Source: Felis catus
Lineage: Eukaryota
Assembly (NCBI RefSeq): GCF_018350175.1
Contig: NC_058368.1
Location: 36,582,001 to 36,646,000, forward strand
Direction: 5' to 3'
Length of the DNA: 64,000 nt
A program made the position numbers and the translations under genes. How positions within the stretch are numbered: position 1 is the first letter of the stretch; each line of letters starts with the position of its first letter. Positions 1-12,445 of this stretch are shown here, in pieces. The notes beneath the pieces are model-generated. The model did no database searches. It saw only the letters and a program-made list of their open reading frames with translations, and had not been told where the DNA came from.

Positions 1-701
1 TATTCCAGTTTTAAAAGGTAACACAGCTGCTTAATGGTAGGACTGGGACTTACTTTCAATTGTCAGTCTAATTCCAAAGGCCCTATATGGGCCATAAGAA
101 AAGCAATTTCACAAATATTTTCTAATTGATTCTTCACCATAATCTTGTAATAAATATAATTATCCACACTTTCCAGATGAAGAAACTGGGGCTCTTTGGG
201 ACTTTATTAACGACGCATCACTCGGAAGTGGGAGAATTAATTTATTTTGCTTGAGCTCAGTGTTTATATGTTGTGCAGTCTTTCTCTGTAATCACTTGAA
301 CTCAATCTAACTCTGTCCCAATGCTTTCATGCAAACCTTTCATACAGAAAATAATACAGGGAAGTGTATTTTCTATTTCAGTATTGCCCTCTTAGCTGAG
401 CCCAGGTGACAGTGTTAAACAGGCAATGGTTTTGAACTTGGAAACTTGTTCCATGCCCATTGCTTTTAGTAACTGTATCTTTCTTTGAGCAAATACTTAC
501 TGAATACCATCTGTTTGCCTGACTGTTGTAGCCAGGCACTGGAAAAAAAAAATGCCAAGTAAGGCCTACACTCCACCCTTAATTTGGTTAATACTTAATA
601 ATATTTAAAGTACCCTCCTTTAAGAAAAAAAAAAAAAACAACATGCAATATCAAAAAGAATGAGGTAACTCTGGGTACTGACTTGGAAAGATATGGCGGC
701 C

Positions 702-927
702 GGGGAGCCTGGATGGCTCAGTTGGTTAATTTTACAACTTTGACTTGGGTCATGATCTCGCATTTCTTGGGTTCAAGCCCCACATCGGGCTCTGAGTTAA
801 CAGCTCAGAGCCTGGAGCCTGCTTCTGATTCTGTGCCTCCCTCTCTCTCTGCCCCTTCCCCGCTCATGCTCTGTTGTGTGCGCGCGCGCTCTCCCTCTCT
901 CTCAAAAATAAACATTAAAAAAAAAAA
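702..927 (+). mobile_element. CAN-SINE (SINEC, feline type)
   Basis: GGGGAGCCTGGATGGCTCAGTTGGTT tRNA-derived head, (CT)n region, AATAAA and poly(A) tail. Confidence 0.92.
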
Positions 928-1539
928 GTATACTACAGCCTATGAGATATGGGTGAGTCTGCCTTTTTTTTGTTGTTTAAAATTTTAAAAATATGTATAG
1001 ATATATCTATATGGCTTATATAAAAAGGAAGAATAACCTCTGAAATGTTAATAGTGGCCATCCCTAGAGGTGGAATTGGTTAGGCAGAAGGTAGTACTTT
1101 TATTCTGTATGTATTTTTTATGATAGGATTATTAGGAATTTTTACTTTTTAAAATATTTATTAGTATTTTCTAAGATAGAAACATTTTAAAGGGTATATA
1201 AAAGAAATTTTATCTAGAGAATGTTTATAATATTTTAAGTAGAAAACAGTATTAGAGTAAGATTTTGATTTTCTGATCTAAATTTTCTCTATAATATGAC
1301 TTACATAATTTGACAGTAAAGTTTTTACTAAAGCATTCTTTCTGCCCTATTTGCAACAACAAGCACAACAAAAAACCAAACACAAACAAAAAATAAATAG
1401 AGTCAAGTAAGGATCCTAACTAAAGTTAGGGATTGTGGTAGGGGAGCCGTGTAAATAGGGAAGTGCCTTACCATCCAAGTGTTGTTTAAATTGGCTTGCA
1501 TAATTATAATGCTAATAGTAATCGTAATAATAACAGTGA

Positions 1540-1730
1540 CCGTTAACATTTACTGAGTGCTTATTAAAGCCAGATACTGTCTGTTCTAAGTACTTTGCAT
1601 GTATTAAACTTAGTCAATCCTTTGAGGTAGGCTCTACTGTTATCCCATACCTTAAAGATGAGGCTCAGAAAAGCTGTATCTTACCTAAGGTTACAAAACT
1701 GTTAATTGGCAGAGCTGTGGTGTAACCTAT
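1540..1730 (-). mobile_element. MIR fragment
   Basis: aacatttactgagtgcttat...aaagatgaggctcagaa...aaggttacaaaact, the antisense MIR core. Confidence 0.7.
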
Positions 1731-2064
1731 GCAGCCCTTCTGCAGAGGTTGTACCCACACACTTGCTATCTCTGGGTGTCAGTTTGTGAGATTCTAAGTT
1801 CGGCCAACTGTTAATAGGGGTTTCGGGTTGTTTTTTTGTTTGTTTGTTTGTTCTTGCATTAATGGAAAGAGATTATTAATTTTAGCTCAGGATTCTGGTA
1901 ATATCCAAAGTTTCCTGGTATCCAAATTTATTTTTTCAGCCCAACAGGGATTAAGAAAGAGCCTTTGTGATTTCTGCATCTCACCAGAAATGAACAGATG
2001 TAGGTGACAGAATTGTAACTAACATGTTGTTGGTTGCATTCTGTTTTGTTTCTCTAGGCAAGCG

Positions 2065-2275
2065 GCTTGGCATAGTGGAAAGTAGTGGTTTCAGTTAGAT
2101 TTGAGTTTAAATTCTGGCACCAACATTTTCTAGCTTCTAGGCTTCTTTGTTTCTTTTTGTAAAATAAAGATAATACTGCCCTTCGGAGTGGTTATGAGAA
2201 TTACATGAAATAATGTAAGCAAAAGACCTTCTAAGTAGAGTTGTCAGGCACATAGTAAAATCTAAATAAATATTA
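2065..2275 (+). mobile_element. MIR fragment
   Basis: catagtggaaag...tgtaaaataaagataatactgcc...tgtcaggcacatagtaa. Confidence 0.65.
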
Positions 2276-2646
2276 AGTCACTTCTTCTTCTGGTAGATGT
2301 CTCAGAATAAATTGAAGAGTCATCTTGGGAAACAAAACATACTTGATTTTCTACTACAAAATGTAGGTACAACTGTGACTGCAAAATGAATATTCAGCAA
2401 AGAAATATTAATAGTTTAAGATGCCTGATTAATTCAGCACATTCTTATATACAAACCCAAATAATTTGTGGCAATTAATAAAAATTTTAATGATCCTTGC
2501 ATTTCAACTCATGGGAATGTAAAACATTATAATCAGTTATCTTATAAACATATATTTGAAACTCGTGATCTAGTGTAATAGGAACATTTTATCATAAGTC
2601 AGACTGAACTCATACAGCAATCTTTTATTAGTTTTTTCATATGAAC

Positions 2647-2862
2647 TTTTTTTTAAATTTAATTAATTTTCTATTTGAGAGAGAGAGAAAGAAGAACTTA
2701 CTGGGGGTAGGGCAGAGAGAGGGAGAGAAAGAGAATCCCAAGCAGACTCCACACTGTCAGCACAGAGCCTGATGCAGGGCTTGATCCCGCCAACTGTGAG
2801 ATTATGACGTGAGTCACAATCAAGAGTTGGACACTTAACCAACTGAGCCGTCCAGACACCCC
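2647..2862 (-). mobile_element. CAN-SINE
   Basis: poly(T), (GA)n, and the antisense head ...aactgagccgtccagacacccc. Confidence 0.9.
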
Positions 2863-2872
2863 TCATAAAAGC

Positions 2873-2903
<31 letters not shown>

Positions 2904-3016
2904 GACTGGGTTCAGTCAGTGGAGCATGAGACTCTCAATCTCAGAACAATGAGTTTAAGCCCCATGTTGGGTGTGAAGCCTACTTAAAAAAACAAAAACA
3001 AACAAACAGAAAAAAA
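2904..3016 (+). mobile_element. Short tRNA-Lys-derived SINE (tSINE-like) / tRNA pseudogene with A-rich tail
   Basis: ttcagtcagtggagcatgagactctcaatctcag...gagtttaagccccatgttggg...cctacttaaaaa: degenerate A/B boxes and no (CT)n region. Confidence 0.75.
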
Positions 3017-3697
3017 GAAGAAGATGAGGGTATCACTTTGATCTTTTAGATGTCACAGTTTCGTCTATTTTGTGATGAATTTTTCCATTATTTTTGCTAA
3101 TATCCCTTTTTTTCTCCCATTAAATACTAAATGTTACCTATTTCTATTTATGTTTTTGTTTCATGTTTCTTCTTCAGGTCTTCAAAAAAAAACCCTACAT
3201 TTTATTCCACTGCCTATACAGAAAAGTATCTTGGTATATTTATTATTAGAGTGACTGTAGACCTGGCCGGTAGTATTGAGTAGTATTTTGGGTGGTTTGA
3301 AATCATCATACCTTTGGAAGAATGTGGCAGAGAGCAAGTAGATTCTGAGTGGAGAACTGAGGAACTTTCTGTTTGATTTTGGGGTATTTCTTAATTTATT
3401 TAAAATCACATTTTCCACAATTTAGTAATTAGGCATATTCTGCTATTTATTTAATATGTTAGCTCAGTTTCAAAATACCTACTCTGTATCTGACTTCCTT
3501 ACGTAACAATGTAGGACAAAAGATCTTAGGGTTAAGGAAGTTCAAGAATGATGAAACATTTAAGAACCTTCCTTTCTTGACTTACTTTTATTTTATTTTT
3601 GAAAAAAAATGGATGTATATGAAAACTATATTCTTTCAAAAGCACAGTTGTATTTTCTGCCTTATTTAGTTTATTTCTAAGAGCTATTTTTATTTAA

Positions 3698-3910
3698 TTT
3701 TTTTTAATGTTTATTTATTTTGAGATAAAGCATGCACACACATGCTCACGTGGGTGCGAGAGCAGGGAGGGACAGAGAGAGAATCCCAACCAGGGTCCCT
3801 GCTGTCAATGTGGAGCCTGATGCAGGGCTCAATCTCAGGAACCATGAGATTGTGACCCGAGCCAAAATCAATAGTCGTACGTTTTACTGACTGAGCCACC
3901 CAGGCACCCC
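3698..3910 (-). mobile_element. CAN-SINE
   Basis: tttttaatgtttattt ... gactgagccacccaggcacccc. Confidence 0.92.
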
Positions 3911-5066
3911 ACTTAGTTAAAAGAATAATTTTCTTAATGGATTTTTCCCTGACAGCATTATCTCAACATAATAATATATTCATATATAATGTATGTTATA
4001 ATATACAATGAATGTGTATTAGTAAATTACTCATTTTATTTTTTACTCTAATGTACAACATCAATTAAATAAATATGGCAATCTTTTTTTTTTCCTTTTA
4101 GAGGAAGTGAAATCAAGTTCTCCCATATTGTGTATACATGGTTATCCAGATCCCTGTCTGTAGTGCAGAATACTTAGCTACTCTCATGATGACCTATGTT
4201 ATTTGTGCTTCCTGACCGTCATAGATATTGGTGGCCCTTAATGGAATAATTTAAGAAAAAATCTATTCCTAATCATAGTACATCCAAAATGCTTACTTCT
4301 GAAATATCTGTTCAAACCTAATTGACGACAAATAAAATACCTTCATATTTGACTTATTTTGGAAGCTGAAAATTGTCTTCAACTCACTGTACATGGGACC
4401 TCTCTCTGTTAAATAAATCTCATAACACCTGTATCTGAAGATGACTGTGGGGCCTATTGATAACGTGTGTGAAATGCTAGCGTGTCATGCGTAGTACATA
4501 GCAGATAGTCAGCAAGAGGCAGCTGCTGTTTTTACCCTCCAGTAATGAGTGGAACAAATGCCAGTACATGCTTTATGCTGAAAATGCTCATTTGTGTCCT
4601 GCTTATGTTCACTATTCTTGCTTTCCTAAATCTTCACTCCTGGATAATAATGCCAGCAGAAACCAAAGGTGACCATTTTTCTTCTCTCTAAAGAAGGATT
4701 TAATGTTGACTACAGTTGTTAAAAATAGGACAGTTGTGTTATATTTATAAAGAAAATCTTGGGAAAGGTGATTTTTAAAAAACATCCCTGTAAACAGTCT
4801 TGGCTACTATTTGAGATCTTGCATATTGGAAACATGTATTCTTTGTCGAAATTAATGGGTGATTTGGCTGGATGTAGAATTGTACTTAGGAAATAATTTT
4901 CCTTTAATTTCAAAGACATTTAAAGCCTATTAGACTGGCTTTAGCTTCCAGTGGTTCTGTTGAGAGGTTTCTTGCCAGTTCGAGTCTTGATTTTTACTGT
5001 GACTTGTTTTGTCACTCATGAACTTTTAAAGGTCTTCTCTTTATCCCTGTTTGAGACATTTTACCT

Positions 5067-5250
5067 GGCACCTTTTGCCTCTGGTGGGTGTTTGAAAATG
5101 TATGGAGACAGTTTTGTTCGTCACAGTAACTATGGAGGATGCTTTGATTCTTTAGCATTTAGTAACTGGAGGTCAGAAAGGTTAATTTTCTTGCATTGCA
5201 GGAAACAGTCTCACCCAAAATGTCATTAGTGCCACTGTTGAGAAATATTG
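5067..5250. mobile_element. hAT-Charlie DNA transposon relic (MER20B-like)
   Basis: Resembles MER20-family consensus, ending cccaaaatgtcattagtgccactgttgagaaatattg. Confidence 0.55.
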
Positions 5251-5599
5251 TGACCTTGTGTATGACAAGAGAAACAAGACATGCACATCAAAGACCACTC
5301 AATATGTTTGGTAATAAGGTTACAGACATGCTGTGTGAAACAGTGAAGGAAGAAAGTATAAATGGCATGTTACTAATCGAAATAGAATAAAAACCACTAC
5401 ATGAAATACAGCCATTAAATTATCTATGAGTATATATTTACCATGTTACTGCTTTGGGTTTCTAGTTTGACATTATCTGTGTTATTATGCTTAATCATAT
5501 TTTTGACACTTTTTTCCATATTTCCAAGTAGTAGTTGCTCTTAATTACTAAGTCAAAGAAATTACTCTTTTCTGTAAGTAGGGTATCTGTTTGTAATCT

Positions 5600-5631
5600 T
5601 TTTAAAAAAAATTTTTTTAATCTTTATTTTT

Positions 5632-5663
<32 letters not shown>

Positions 5664-5794
5664 ATCAGAAGCAGGCTCCAGACTCTGAGCTATCATCAGC
5701 ACAGAGCCCAATATGGGGCTCGAACTCATGTACCATGAGATCTTAACCTGAGCTGAAGTAGGACACTTAACCAACTGAGCCACCCAGGTGCCCC
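5600..5794 (-). mobile_element. CAN-SINE with target-site duplication TGTAATCT
   Basis: TSD at 5592-5599 and 5795-5802; antisense head ...gagccacccaggtgcccc. Confidence 0.94.
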
Positions 5795-6312
5795 TGTAAT
5801 CTAAACACTTAGCAATTCTAGATGCAGAAAGATTTGAGGAATAACATTTTTGCAAAGGCTAGAACCTGACTGCCAATGATAGCTGTATATATTTAAATTG
5901 AAGTAGGATTCAGGAAAGGGTTGAGCACGGTTGTACTTGTGTTCTTTCATAGCAGCTTCTGGGTCAGCAGTTTGCAATTCTGTTTCATTACTGTTTTGGG
6001 GAAGTGAATTACCAGAACAGCACATATAGATAGCTATGTTATAAGAGTACAAACATTCAAGGACAAAGACGAATTCCTTTTGAATTATTCTTTACTTCAT
6101 TAACGCAGCTGACCAGGAAAACTACATTAGAAATACAGAACTATAAGGAAGCAGAGAGGGATTAAGATAATGAGGTGGGAAGGTAGTGGAAAATGTTAAA
6201 ATAGAAGTTTGATAATTTGTATTAATATAATAATTTGTTGATATTTTTAAATAATTCAGTATTAATTCAGAGTCTTCATTTTAATATGCATATAATAACT
6301 TTTACTTTTCAG

Positions 6313-7163
6313 AACCTAAACCACAGCCGCAGCAGCTTCATCAGGGACAACACCGATTGTCAAATACTGAGCAAAATGGAGTCAAAGATAGTAATCAACC
6401 ACGGTATCTGCCTCGAAATGATACCAGACAGCCAAGAAATGAAAAGCCTCCTCGTTTTCAAAGAGACCCCCAAAATTCAAAGTCAGTTTTAGAAGGCAGT
6501 GGATTACCTAGAAACAGAGGTTCTGAAAGACCAAGTACTTCTTCAGGATCCGAAGCATGGGCTGAAGAGAGAATCAAGTGTGATAGACCCTATTCTAGAT
6601 ATGACAGAACTAAAGATGCTTCCTACCTTTTAAGCTCTCAGCACAATGATGGTGCTTTTAAAAAAAGGGATAACTCTATGCAAAGCAGATCAGGAAAAGG
6701 TCCGTCCTATGCAGAGGCAAAAGAAAATCCACTTCCTCAAGAATCCATTGACTATAATAATCAAAAACGTGGGAAAAGAGAAAACCAAACAACAAATCCT
6801 GATCATTTTTATGACAGGAAACCACGAACAATAAATAACGAAAGTTTCAGTGGTGTAAAAATTGAAAAACATTTTAATGTAAATACTGATTTCCAGAATC
6901 CCGTCCGAACTAATAGTTTCGTTGGTGTTCCAAATGGAGAGACAGAAATGCCACTGAAGGGCAGGCGAGTAGGACCTATTAAGCCAGCAGGACCCATCAC
7001 AGCTACACCCTATGATGATAAAGTATTTTACAATAGTGGGCCTAAAAGAAGATCTGGGCCAATTAAACCAGAAAAAGTACTAGAATCATCTATTCCTATG
7101 GAGTATGCAAAATTGTGGAAACCTGGAGATGAATGTTTTGCACTTTATTGGGAAGACAACAAG
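6313..7163 (+). CDS. TDRD3: TDRD3 large internal coding exon (851 nt): low-complexity region plus N-terminal part of the Tudor domain
   Basis: Acceptor tttacttttcAG (6311-6312) and donor AAG|GTATGC (7164). The frame is open throughout: (E)[22 protein letters not shown]...[10 protein letters not shown]...[16 protein letters not shown], which I recognise as mammalian TDRD3. The TTG start of track ORF 6357..7178 is not a real start. Confidence 0.96.
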
Positions 7164-8306
7164 GTATGCATGCTGTAAGGTTTGCATATTCTAATGTTAT
7201 TAAATGTTACCTCCTAGTGAGACTGTAGAAGGCCATTGCTTTGGGACTATGAGTTTTGTTCTATGGCTGTATCTGTTTAAAGTCTTTGAACAGATTTATA
7301 GATATGTAATTTATAAAAGAGGAAAAATAAAATATTTAATATTTTTTATGGATCCTTATAGAGAATCAGTCTCATAAGATTTGGTTAAGTAAGGTTTGAT
7401 TTTAGATCGCCTATCGGAATAGTATTTAAAAGCGATTAAGTAGAGTTGATCAGTTATTTCACTTACCAACTGAACTGTCAATGTTTGCTTTTCTTTCTAG
7501 TAAAGTTATACTGATTCACAAGGAAGAAAATGAATTGAGTGGCACAGAGTTAAATTCTGCAGATTACATTTAAATTAAAGAAAATATACAATCAGCCTAC
7601 TTAAAGAAATAACAGAAAGGTTAATTATTTAGCTAATAATAAATGATAATTATTAAGCCAATAATTTAAACACTCTTTAGTTCTACATTATATGCTGACT
7701 ACAGTGGAAAGAGGGAAATCATGGAGAAAAGGTAAGGGAAAGACAGAAGATGTGGTCAAGAAGGAATACGGTGGATCAGTTAAAAGAGCCTGGGTGAGAG
7801 GGAGAAGACCAATAGAGAACAGGAAAGGAAAGGAAAAAGGAACCCTCAGAGAGAAGGACCTTTGCACATATTTTCCCTTCTGCCCAACATACTCTTCTAC
7901 CAACTATTCTCATCATTGAGAGCTTGGTTGCAATATCACTTCCTAGAGAAGCCTTCTTTGACCTGCCCCCTCCTCCCTTCTACACTGTTGTCTTTCTCAG
8001 TCAGTGCCTTATTCACCTTCTAAAACTTACCACAATTTGTATTTTTGGTTTTGGTTCTTGGATTGATAACTCCTTCCCCTACCATAATTTTGAGTTTCTT
8101 GAAGGCAGGGCTATGTCTGTCTAGTTTTCCTCTGCAGCCCTGCTTCTCCTGTAATATAGGGATTTCATAATTATTTATGGACTCTGTTAATTAGTTAATT
8201 CTGAATAGGGCACTTATGTAGGAAAAAAGTAGAGTGGTAGGGGACTGGAGATACCAGCAAGATAGTAATAAACAGACTCATAGTATAGATCTGGGTGGAT
8301 CAAGTC

Positions 8307-8310
<4 letters not shown>

Positions 8311-8340
<30 letters not shown>
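8311..8340 (+). repeat. poly(A)30 tract
   Basis: Read directly from the sequence. Confidence 0.95.
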
Positions 8341-8343
<3 letters not shown>

Positions 8344-8479
8344 TTGAATTATTTCATGGGTAGAATAGTTTCAGTTCATAAAGTAAGGCTGTGCCCATGA
8401 GAGTGTATCTTTGGCTAAACAGAGAGGTGGAGGCAAAGTTAACTACAGTTTTCAAGGAACTGAAATTCAGGCTAGGGAA

Positions 8480-8870
8480 TGTGGTTGGATCTTTTAAAAG
8501 GATGCTATAGGTCCTGGGATCAGGAAATGGGCCCTACTGTATTCAGTGGATGATGAAGTATAAGCAAGATGTTAGATGTTTCCTAATGAGAGCAGCAAGG
8601 AGAGGGGTATCGGCTGGTATAGCTAGATGGCACAGTCCTGTAAGGTTTTTGTATGATGGTGGGATAGCATCTATCTACAAGCAGCATCCCGACTGTCAAG
8701 TTTTCATTCAAGGTTAGAAGGAAGGGGAGACAGCGGTTTTGGTTTTGGTTTTGGTTTTGTGTTTTTTTAGTTCCAGAAAAGCAACAGCCTTTCCAGAAAT
8801 CTCAACAATCTCACTGGTTGGAACTATTTCACATGGCTCTTCCCCGGCTGTTAGGAAGGCTTAGGAAGCA
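8480..8870 (-). mobile_element. Degraded MaLR LTR (MLT1-like)
   Basis: Loose resemblance to antisense MLT1 (ctcactggttggaactatttcacatggct...ggaaggcttaggaagcaagtg); boundaries approximate. Confidence 0.4.
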
Positions 8871-9475
8871 AGTGTTCTTCACTACTCAGACTCTGACTGT
8901 TAACAACTCAGACCACTTTCCAACATACAGGAACTATTTGATTTGGGTAGTGGGGGATTACTTATGTTTAGCTGTTTCTCCCTCATGATAAAGGCAAGAA
9001 AAGGTGAAGTAGTTGGAAATCAGTGCAGGTTTATAGGGCTAACAGTGTCTATCTTAGGATGAGAGGCCACTTGTGTCACATGCTTCTGTGAAAGTTTGAT
9101 TAAGATGATAATGGAAAAGTATTTTTTTTTATTGGACAATCTGAGATTTTTGGTGATCTTGATGAGCAGAGAAAGTACATGATTGGAGTTGAAAGGCCAA
9201 TAATTTTCAAAAGTCTTAGTAGGTAAGTCAGGATTTCCATTGAAATCCCACAAGGATCATGCCCTAGTAGTAAGTGCAAAACTCATACAAATAAGCCATT
9301 ACACAGCTAAAACCAACGATTTACAGGCTCAAAAATACCTGTTTGTACTCTGTCTGTCTGCCAAAGGAAAATATAATCTCCTTTTTTGGGAAAAAAAAAC
9401 ATTTTCTAAGACCTCTTCAATATTTCATCTGCAATGTCTACAATCCTATAAAAAAATTAGAGGGCATGGTTAAAA

Positions 9476-9478
<3 letters not shown>

Positions 9479-9512
<34 letters not shown>
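9479..9512 (+). repeat. (GA)17 microsatellite
   Basis: Read directly from the sequence. Confidence 0.95.
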
Positions 9513-9516
<4 letters not shown>

Positions 9517-10289
9517 GAGAAAATGAATGACTAGGAACAAATAAAGCAACAGAAAATATTAACAGAGCTACATATATTTAGATATTGGATTTAACAGACA
9601 AGTTCTTCAACAAATATTGACTAAACCATAATTGAGTAGCTGCTAAGAGTCAGGTGCTTGGGATATATCAGATAGTTCTGGTTATGCTATTATCCTAATT
9701 TCTTCAAACACCTGATGGAATTATTAATAAAGTTTACTTTTAACTGTAATTATCTCAAAAAAATCAATAACAATGAGTTCATCTGTTGCCTTTCCTGAAT
9801 ATATTTAATATAGTGTCATATAGTTTGTGAAAGACAGTACTTAACAATTCCCAAAGTGTTTTGAGCTTTTGTTCTTAGAATAATTGCATGATCTTCTGAG
9901 GTGACTAACTTGATTTTAATTGGATATGCATTCTCAGTTTAGAATGAGGGACTGTAGGCTCTCTCTGTATTACACCATTAAACAAACAGTATTTACCCTC
10001 TGAAAAAGATGAGATTAGTTATCTTCTGAAAACACCTAATTTAAGAGATAGCTTTTAAATGTTTTGTCAAGAATAAGCAACTTTCCAATTTTCTAACCAG
10101 AGACCAATGAAGATAAAGATTTAAGAAAAACGTGAGTTGTAACGGTCCTTAGGAAACTCTTGCCATAATAGCATTATAGTGATGTAATGCAGATAATTAA
10201 CCAATTGGTATAATCTATCATTTAAAAAATTCTTTACACTACCTTGCCTTCTGTCAGCCTTTATTTCCGTAGAAGGATTGGGAATTTGG

Positions 10290-10900
10290 ACCAATTCTCC
10301 TTCTCCTTCTAGACTGCTATAATTAGTTCAGCTCTTTCTGCTCTCTCTACTGGAATGCTGTAACAACCTCCAAAATTGTTTCTGTGCCTTAAACCTTATT
10401 CCTCTTAAATTTGTCATTGGAATTACCATCACTGATCCTGGTCTTAGACCTTGTCATTCTTCCTAGTTAAAATCTTTTACCTGTGGAATAAATAGAGCCT
10501 GCAGCATGCATACAGAGCCTCTTTCAGCTGGTCCTTACCTTCTTGTCCCGTCTTATTTCCTATTGGTTGACCCTCCTCACATCACGCCATAATTAATTTT
10601 AAACTGTTTGTAGTTTCCTGCACTCATCTCCATGTTTTAGGTCTCTGTAACTTCCCATGGTGCACCGTCCTCAGTTGTTTGCTTGGCTAAACCTTCTTCA
10701 TCCTTGAAGACTGTATCCATTGTTATCTGCCACAGGAAGTTCGTCCCCAACTCCTCAGCCCTATTAAGTGCCGGTGTCACTGCACTATTATTACGGTACT
10801 CTCCATGTTATATAGAAGTCATTTTTCACACAGTTGTTTTTGTTAGACTCTAAGCTCCTAAAAGGATGTCAACTTATTATGACTCTTGTTTGTTGAACTT
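10290..10900 (+). mobile_element. L2 LINE 3' fragment
   Basis: ctactggaatgctgtaacaacctcc...ttagactctaagctccta, typical of L2 3' region; boundaries approximate. Confidence 0.5.
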
Positions 10901-12024
10901 ACCAGAACTGACATAATTATCTGAGAAGCTTACAAACTCACAGCAATTCATAGATCACAGAAGTGTGACACTAAGAAATAAAGGAGAAAAGGATAGACGT
11001 GAATGTATGTCAGGAACTCTAATATAAGAAAAAGAATTCCAGCATGGTGTTTTTAAACTTGCTAGCATCTAGAACTGGGAAGGAAACACCATGGATTAAC
11101 TTAATAACCTTTGTGATGTAAAGTATACTATTTAATCAGTAAAAACAGATTTCCCCCCCCCCCTCCCCCCGGTGTACTCAGGATAACATATTTTAGAAGG
11201 AGGTAGAGAATAAGAATTTTTGTTGCCTTTAACATTTTCTGATTCTGGTGGGCTTATTAAGAGATACTGTTAGAGTGTTATAGTAGAGCATCCAATTACC
11301 CTAATTTGAAGGAAATATTCCTTAAGAGTAAATAGTTTTTACTTTTCATTTTGTCTTCACTAAGCAACATTCAGACCTATAATTTGGGTCCTGAATGGGT
11401 TGACCTGTAGCAGAGAAGTACTCCAATTAGTTGACCTACTTGTGGTTACATTAACAGAAAAAAATTAAGATTGTTGTTGTTATGTAAATCAGCTCCTTCT
11501 GAGTTTATTAACGTGAATTAATTCCCAGAGCCAAATTATACTAGGTAAACTGATAAAATAAAAGTATTTGGTCTTTCAATGTCTCAAATCTGATAATCCT
11601 GGATATAAGTAATGTGTTTACTCCTTATCTGACATCCCTACTTCACCCCATTAGCCTGTGATGACTATGGCGGGGAGCCTTTTTCTCTGAGATTTATTTT
11701 TGTCATATATTTATGCTCCATAGTTATATGTTCTGATTAGTACATAAGAATAATCTTACTAATATTGGTTAAGGGCTTCAGTGGCTTGCAACAAAACAGA
11801 ACACTAGTTTTGTGGGGTGTTTTTTTTTTTTTTATTCCCATTAACATGTGAATATTCTTCTCTACTGACCCTTCTTAGTTCTGTCCTGAAATCTTACTAC
11901 TGCCCAGTGTATGTCAGAACTCACTTGGATGAGAGAATTTATCTCTTTTTTTAGCCAATTTATGATTATCTGCAGGTAAGTTTTCTTTCTTAAAAATATT
12001 ATTCTCTTAAAAATTTTCTTTCAA

Positions 12025-12178
12025 ATATTGTGTAATTGAAAGTTGCTAAGAGAGTAGATCTTAAAAGTTCTCAGCACAAGAAGAAAATTTGTAACTTTGT
12101 GTGGTGATGGACATTAAACTTGTTGTGGTGATCCTTTCACAATATATACATAGCTCAATAAAAAATAATTTTAAAAAA
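12025..12178 (+). mobile_element. L1 (L1MA-like) 3'-end fragment
   Basis: gaaagttgctaagagagtagatcttaaaagttctcagcacaag...tgtggtgatgg...ctcaataaaaaa. Confidence 0.8.
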
Positions 12179-12181
12179 TGA

Positions 12182-12445
<264 letters not shown>

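Noticed and set aside
683..988. 101-aa ORF and similar ORFs at 2663, 3711, 5562, 27713, 27827, 44273, 44286, 45377, 45414, 53741, 53861, 56617, 59594 and 59602
   Set aside because: All lie on CAN-SINEs. The recurring MAQSV/LEPASDS peptides are translated repeat sequence, not a gene family.
2904..2985. Functional tRNA-Lys gene
   Set aside because: Degenerate boxes and stems plus an A-rich tail indicate a retroposed SINE or pseudogene.
6235..7000. Overlapping ORFs 6235..6492, 6646..6834, 6690..6872 and 6809..7000
   Set aside because: Shadow frames or antisense of the TDRD3 exon, with no independent support.
8311..8340. poly(A)30 as a processed-pseudogene tail or real poly(A) site
   Set aside because: No TSD, recognisable upstream body or poly(A) signal. 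It is more likely a source of oligo-dT internal-priming artefacts.
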